From positions 1 to 38,129 of the forward strand of contig DAISKM010000001.1 in NCBI GenBank assembly GCA_036820945.1: DNA of 38,129 nucleotides. The letters run 5' to 3'. The DNA is from Pseudolabrys sp. Lineage in GTDB: Bacteria > Pseudomonadota > Alphaproteobacteria > Rhizobiales > Xanthobacteraceae. Positions 33,578 to 38,129 of this stretch are shown piece after piece. A model generated the notes under the pieces. That model had not been told where the DNA came from. It saw nothing but the letters and a program-made list of their open reading frames with translations, and searched no databases. Each line of letters starts with the position of its first letter. The stretch's first letter is position 1. The translations under genes and the position numbers were made by a program.

Positions 33578-35320
33578 TTATCCCTTCGCGTCTGGAAACT
33601 GGTTAATGGCATCACTACCGGGCACGACAGGGAACCCGCCGTAATCGATCATGTCCGGGTTGAACCGCATATGATCGGCCGGGGATTTGTTGCAGCCAGG
33701 GGTTGCGGTGTATGTGTCACCGACTTCAATTGGGTACAGCAGCGGCGACCACAGCACGAACACACCGCCTTCGAACCGTTTGATTTCGCTCGATGCCCCA
33801 GCGTTGGCCCCACCAGTGAACGTCACAATACCGAGGTCGAAGTGCCCGGCCGCTTCAGCGCGCGAGCTGTCGATCAGAATCCGCCGCGTTGCCGTATTGC
33901 TCGCGGCCGGCACCGCCGTCGACGTAGCCGATCCGGCGACGGTGATCGCTGCCAAGTTGACCGGGCACCGCGAATCAAGCGTCGATCCGAACCCGTACCG
34001 ACACGATGCTGTGAAGTTTTCCATCAGCCCGCGTTGGCGCAAGTTGGCCGAGGCGGTCAGCACCTCAAAGCTGAACCCTTCGGTGCCGTGGCTCATGGTG
34101 CCGGTGGTGCCAGCCATCAGACGGAACGGTGTCTCGCCGCTGTGGTTGAGCCACGGGACCATCCAGATTTCAAAAGCCGCGAAATCAAACAGGCCGTTGT
34201 ACAGCTCCTGTTCGCTGATACCGGCGTCGGAAATAATCCCCAGCAGCTCCATGTTCCCGTTCGCACCGATCGTCGTCGACTGCTCGGTGGCCGTAGCGCT
34301 CAGGCTATTGCATGGGCTATGCACTACACCCCGGAACGTCAGTGGTCGGTCGAGCGAAGTAAACGCGAAGACTTGACCATCGGTTCGAGTAATCGTCCAC
34401 GTCTGCGCCCATTGCGTTGTACATGGGATGTAATCGGCCAGGACAAGCGCGGACATTTGAGTGATGGGAGTATCGGCGTGGAACTCGACCAAGGGTAAAG
34501 CGGCATATTGCGTCGCGCGTAGCGGGGCCGAGGGCTTGCCCATTACCAACGCAACAATTTGCGTGTCCCGAATGTTCGGGGCGGGAGCGTCGAAAACCAG
34601 CGTCGCCAGTTGTGTCACCCGCGCGGACGTATCGCCGTGCTCAAGTACCAGTAAAGCGTCTTGCGTTTGCCGAGCCTCGGCCGAGGTGGGGAATGCGGCG
34701 GTATCGCCGCTGGTGCCGAATGCCACGTCATCCCAACGCGCAACCCCGAAATTCGAAGTGTTGCCGATACCGGCGTACCCCGTCCCGGTGATAGCCGAAT
34801 CGGTGATTTCGATATCCCACGTCGACGGCTCGGGGTCGGTTTGACCTTTCCATATTTTCGCCTTGAGCGCCGTCCCGTTGACGCGAAACCGAAAGCTGTA
34901 ATAGGTGTTGTTCACCATCGTCGGCACGGTTACGGTCGCCAGCGCGGTCAAGGTCCCCGAGACAAGTTTCGCGATCTGGACTTGTGTGGGGTTCAGATTC
35001 GTAAAGACGTATCCCCCCTCTGTTGCCGCCGCTCCCGAGCCGCGTAGGACCAACCAAAACTGATAGGCCTCGGTTATCCCGGTAGTGGTGTACCGGGCGA
35101 ATATCTCAGCGTTATCCCGGCCCGAATCGCTATCAATCGAATCGTAGGACAGTAGGCGGCGCGCGGTGGTGGTCCGTGCAAATTCCAGGTATTTACCCGC
35201 CGTCGACGAGGCGTCGGCGCGCACAAGCCACGTCGCCCCCGTCGAGGTCCAGCGGGCTGTCCAGCCGGTCGGTGCCGCCCCGGTTGTGTCCGTGCCAAAG
35301 CTGATTGTATAGACGGCCAT
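33578..35320 (-). CDS. DUF2163/BR0599 hub protein (GTA g13-like) with ~295-aa N-terminal extension
   Basis: C-terminal WTITRTDG...FTSLDRPL, GLFDFA, CRY.....RC.V, GCNKS, YGGFP.VPG; N-terminal beta-sandwich (lectin-like) region. Confidence 0.85.
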   Translation of the reverse strand: MAVYTISFGTDTTGAAPTGWTARWTSTGATWLVRADASSTAGKYLEFARTTTARRLLSYDSIDSDSGRDNAEIFARYTTTGITEAYQFWLVLRGSGAAATEGGYVFTNLNPTQVQIAKLVSGTLTALATVTVPTMVNNTYYSFRFRVNGTALKAKIWKGQTDPEPSTWDIEITDSAITGTGYAGIGNTSNFGVARWDDVAFGTSGDTAAFPTSAEARQTQDALLVLEHGDTSARVTQLATLVFDAPAPNIRDTQIVALVMGKPSAPLRATQYAALPLVEFHADTPITQMSALVLADYIPCTTQWAQTWTITRTDGQVFAFTSLDRPLTFRGVVHSPCNSLSATATEQSTTIGANGNMELLGIISDAGISEQELYNGLFDFAAFEIWMVPWLNHSGETPFRLMAGTTGTMSHGTEGFSFEVLTASANLRQRGLMENFTASCRYGFGSTLDSRCPVNLAAITVAGSATSTAVPAASNTATRRILIDSSRAEAAGHFDLGIVTFTGGANAGASSEIKRFEGGVFVLWSPLLYPIEVGDTYTATPGCNKSPADHMRFNPDMIDYGGFPVVPGSDAINQFPDAKG

Positions 35321-35322
35321 CG

Positions 35323-36408
35323 TTAGGCCGTCCGTTCGACTTTGAATTGCAGGGCATTAACGTCGGCGGGCGTAAACGGTGCGGCGCTAACCGGGTCGGT
35401 TTGGAACACGTCTTGGCGGTAAGTGTAAATTTCGGTTAGCGGTTTATCCGCGCCAGCCGCCGACGATGCCCCGGACACGACAGACACTTTTGTGTTGGCC
35501 GTGCCCGCATCGGTCTTGCGCGCACGCTCGACCATGACAACCGCGCTCACAACCGAAATCCCGGACGGTAAATTCTGCAAACCGAACTGCGAAACTTGCC
35601 CGACAGTGGCGGCCGATATGTAATCAGTGTCGTCGTTGGGGTTGGCCTCGTCGATGCACAGATATCCAGAGGCGGCGCCTACAGCCGTCCAGTCGGCGGT
35701 CGCCGTATTGGCATCAGGGAATAGGGTCAACACACGGCGGTCACCGATGAACGTGTTGTTGTAACTCCCGGTAGTGTCCCAGCAAAAAATGTCGTCAATA
35801 TCGGAGGTGACGAAATGTTGAATAGACAGGCCCGTGCATCCGCAGTTGACCGCGACTTGACTGCATTCGACGTTCGCCGTGTATACGGTATCGACGCCGG
35901 TTAGGGATAGTACGGTGACACCGTTAACGCGGACCTCCACCGTCCCGACTGTATTGCTGAAAAATACCGCCGTCTCGATGTGCTGATAAGCGTTCGCCGT
36001 TACGACCGGGACGCTCGTTGTGCCGAGCGTCGTTGAAGTATTACCGCCCCCCGTCGCGGCGGTCCCCCGCTTAATCGCGATGGTCCCCGTCGATTGAACT
36101 ACGACACTAATCTGGGGCACGTTCCCGGCGTCGCGGAAATCGTAAAGGCAATAGGCGTCATTGGCGAACGGCAGATGGTCCATGTAAACCGCGAGGCCCA
36201 GCCCGACGGTTGTTTTCGATCCGCCCAGGACCCGGCGAATATAGGCGTCGAGCGTCAGCACTCCTTGCTTCCGCATACAGTAAGTGCCGGTTCGCGGGTT
36301 TGTGGTGCTCAAAGCAAACGAGCTGCTTACAACTTCGGCATACGGACCATCAGTCATTCTCGCGGACGTGCCGTAATGATCGAACCCATCACACCAGAGC
36401 AAAGCCAT
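35323..36408 (-). CDS. Virion tail-tip accessory protein, lectin/LamG-like
   Basis: MALLWCDGFDHYG, YQHIE...GTVEVRVNG, DDIFCWD..G..NNTFIGDRRVLTLFPD; between distal tail and hub genes. Confidence 0.65.
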   Translation of the reverse strand: MALLWCDGFDHYGTSARMTDGPYAEVVSSSFALSTTNPRTGTYCMRKQGVLTLDAYIRRVLGGSKTTVGLGLAVYMDHLPFANDAYCLYDFRDAGNVPQISVVVQSTGTIAIKRGTAATGGGNTSTTLGTTSVPVVTANAYQHIETAVFFSNTVGTVEVRVNGVTVLSLTGVDTVYTANVECSQVAVNCGCTGLSIQHFVTSDIDDIFCWDTTGSYNNTFIGDRRVLTLFPDANTATADWTAVGAASGYLCIDEANPNDDTDYISAATVGQVSQFGLQNLPSGISVVSAVVMVERARKTDAGTANTKVSVVSGASSAAGADKPLTEIYTYRQDVFQTDPVSAAPFTPADVNALQFKVERTA

Positions 36409-36423
36409 AGATCACCTCAAAAA

Positions 36424-37092
36424 TTAGCAAGGACGGATTTCGATTAGGACCAGATCGGCAAAGCCCGACACACCGTAGTCATGCAACAGGCCATCAAAGG
36501 ATTCGTCGGACTCGAAGCGCACTTCTACGTCGTACAGATACCCGGCACGGACCACGGCTCCAGGCGCGGGGGGACCGCTAAACGTGACGACGCCAGTGGC
36601 CCGGTCGACCGTCCAGGTCAGCGGGATTAGAAGTGACGCGGGGTCGGTGTTGTTGACCGAAACCTTGACTGTCGAAACCACCGGATGAACCACGTTGCGC
36701 GTGTAGGATTCCGCGCCTCGCGTGTAGGTCTTGACCAGTTGGAACGCCACGGTAATTCCGTCGCCCGTGCCCAACACCTGATCGCTGAAGGTGACTGTCG
36801 GGACAAAGTTCGGTCGGGTCAGCGCACGCGACGCAAAGTCCAACGGATCGCGAAACGGAAAGCTGCGCAGCGGGCCACGCACGATTAGCCAGTGATCGCG
36901 CACAGCCTCATAGACATCGTGATCGCGTACCGCCTGCGGCAGCGTGTAGCGGTGTAACGGATGTTCCCACCGCTGGTTGGCTTGCTCCGCACCTGAGTCC
37001 GAGTGCGTGATCGATGTCGACCAGCGCGGCGATGACATGCACGGATAACCAGGAACGCAACGGTCCAGGTACAGGTCCAGGAATCGGCTCAT
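36424..37092 (-). CDS. DUF2460 distal tail protein (GTA g12-like)
   Basis: SGAEQ.N.RW, F.FRDPLD, GTGDG....FQLVKTY, TGVVTF, AGY.YDVEVRF signature. Confidence 0.88.
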   Translation of the reverse strand: MSRFLDLYLDRCVPGYPCMSSPRWSTSITHSDSGAEQANQRWEHPLHRYTLPQAVRDHDVYEAVRDHWLIVRGPLRSFPFRDPLDFASRALTRPNFVPTVTFSDQVLGTGDGITVAFQLVKTYTRGAESYTRNVVHPVVSTVKVSVNNTDPASLLIPLTWTVDRATGVVTFSGPPAPGAVVRAGYLYDVEVRFESDESFDGLLHDYGVSGFADLVLIEIRPC

Positions 37093-38129
37093 GTGATACT
37101 CATTTGCTGTTTGGCGCGGCGGGCGATTTGCCGCTGGGAGGCACGAAACGAGTTCGCGTCTGGCGTGTTGATGTTAAAAATTTGAGTGCTGCGGTCGCCG
37201 GGCGCACCCTGCGGTTTGATGCTCCCGCTGTTGCCGGGGATCATGTATTGCCGGCCGTTGCTCATGAACATTTCAGGCGCGTTGTTCTCGCCTACCTCGT
37301 ACAGCTTGCCGGCCTCCACCGGCCCGCCGACTGCCTTGCCGCCACCGAATCCACCGATACCAACGAGCGAACCCAGCGCTTCCAGGCCGGCCGAAAACAA
37401 CCCGCCTCCACGACTGCCATCCGTGCCGAGTTTGCCAAACATGGTGTCCATGATTTGCGCGGCGGCAGCCTCGGCAACCATCCGTTGCAAGACTTTGCCG
37501 AAACTCGCAGCCATGCCGTCCACGCCATCGGCAAACGGATCGAACAGGAAATCGGCAAACGAGTCTTGAGCGTTGCGCGCAGCCTCATCAGCAAACACGC
37601 TCATGGCGTCCTTGGTTTCAGTCAACTTGTCCTGAGATTTCGACAGCCCTTTGTCCAGGCCGTCCATCACGTTGTCGTATTCCGTCTGGCTGATGTCGCC
37701 TTTGTTCAACGACGCGCGCAGCGTTTCGACATCCTTCTGATAGTCGTTTAAAAGTTTTTGCCCATCGGTGAACGTCGATTCCTGGACCTTATTGAAACTG
37801 TCCAGGCGCTCGGTTTTGTCCTTGATTGCCTTCTGGTCTTTATCGTATGCGTCGACGATTGCCAGGGCAGCGGCGGCGCTTTCCAATTGGGCTTTGGTCG
37901 CCCCGTCCTGAGCGAGTTTGTAGAGCGTGGTTTGCGTGGTGGTCATGCCCACCGTCGCGGCCTGCTCTTTCAACGCATCGATCTGTTTGTCGATTGCCTC
38001 GGTCGCCTTCTGCGCGGCCTGCGCTCCCTTGTCGACTTCGGCGTTCTGGCGCTCCAGCTCTTTGCGGTAATCGTGCGTGACCTTCGCCGCGTCCTGGCCC
38101 TGCTTGCGATATTCGCCGCTGTACAACTT
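37089..38129 (-). CDS. Tape measure protein, C-terminal part
   Basis: Open to window edge; coiled-coil, then GGPV..G..YEVGE...E.F and TPDANSFRASQRQIA C-terminal motifs; ATGA-coupled to DUF2460 gene. Confidence 0.9.
   Translation of the reverse strand, partial: KLYSGEYRKQGQDAAKVTHDYRKELERQNAEVDKGAQAAQKATEAIDKQIDALKEQAATVGMTTTQTTLYKLAQDGATKAQLESAAAALAIVDAYDKDQKAIKDKTERLDSFNKVQESTFTDGQKLLNDYQKDVETLRASLNKGDISQTEYDNVMDGLDKGLSKSQDKLTETKDAMSVFADEAARNAQDSFADFLFDPFADGVDGMAASFGKVLQRMVAEAAAAQIMDTMFGKLGTDGSRGGGLFSAGLEALGSLVGIGGFGGGKAVGGPVEAGKLYEVGENNAPEMFMSNGRQYMIPGNSGSIKPQGAPGDRSTQIFNINTPDANSFRASQRQIARRAKQQMSIT

Overview
The window is an almost complete (~38 kb), circularly permuted genome of a temperate lambdoid siphophage, most likely infecting Pseudomonas (MvaT-family gene, Pseudomonas-type SSB, holin and Q-like gene, attP core matching the 3' half of a tRNA-Ser(CGA)). 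It is cut inside the tape-measure gene (5' part at 1093 reading leftwards, 3' part at 38129-37089). Both attP and the probable cos region are joined, so this is the excised/circular or virion form. The first ~106 nt are not phage: they encode an enolase segment joined in frame through a 21-nt overlap, most likely an assembly chimera. Modules: HK97-type head (HNH, TerS, TerL, portal, ClpP, capsid), neck/tail with a -1 frameshifted chaperone, a GTA-like tail tip (DUF2460, DUF2163, NlpC/P60, tip protein, DUF2793 fibre), holin-endolysin without recognisable spanins, Q-like gene with pR'/tR', a ParB-Mom-HTH late cassette, O/P replication, cro/cI switch, exonuclease/SSB, xis/int and attP. The most notable observation is that the operator palindrome ATAAC-N4-GTTAT of the cI/cro switch recurs at two distant accessory promoters. 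One drives a SAM-methyltransferase-like moron inserted antisense in the tail operon. The other drives an att-proximal, AT-richer operon encoding four tandem paralogous ~65-80 aa helical proteins and a divergent MvaT/H-NS-like protein, a candidate undescribed induction-coupled anti-silencing or host-takeover system. Product names come from motif recognition and synteny, not from database searches.
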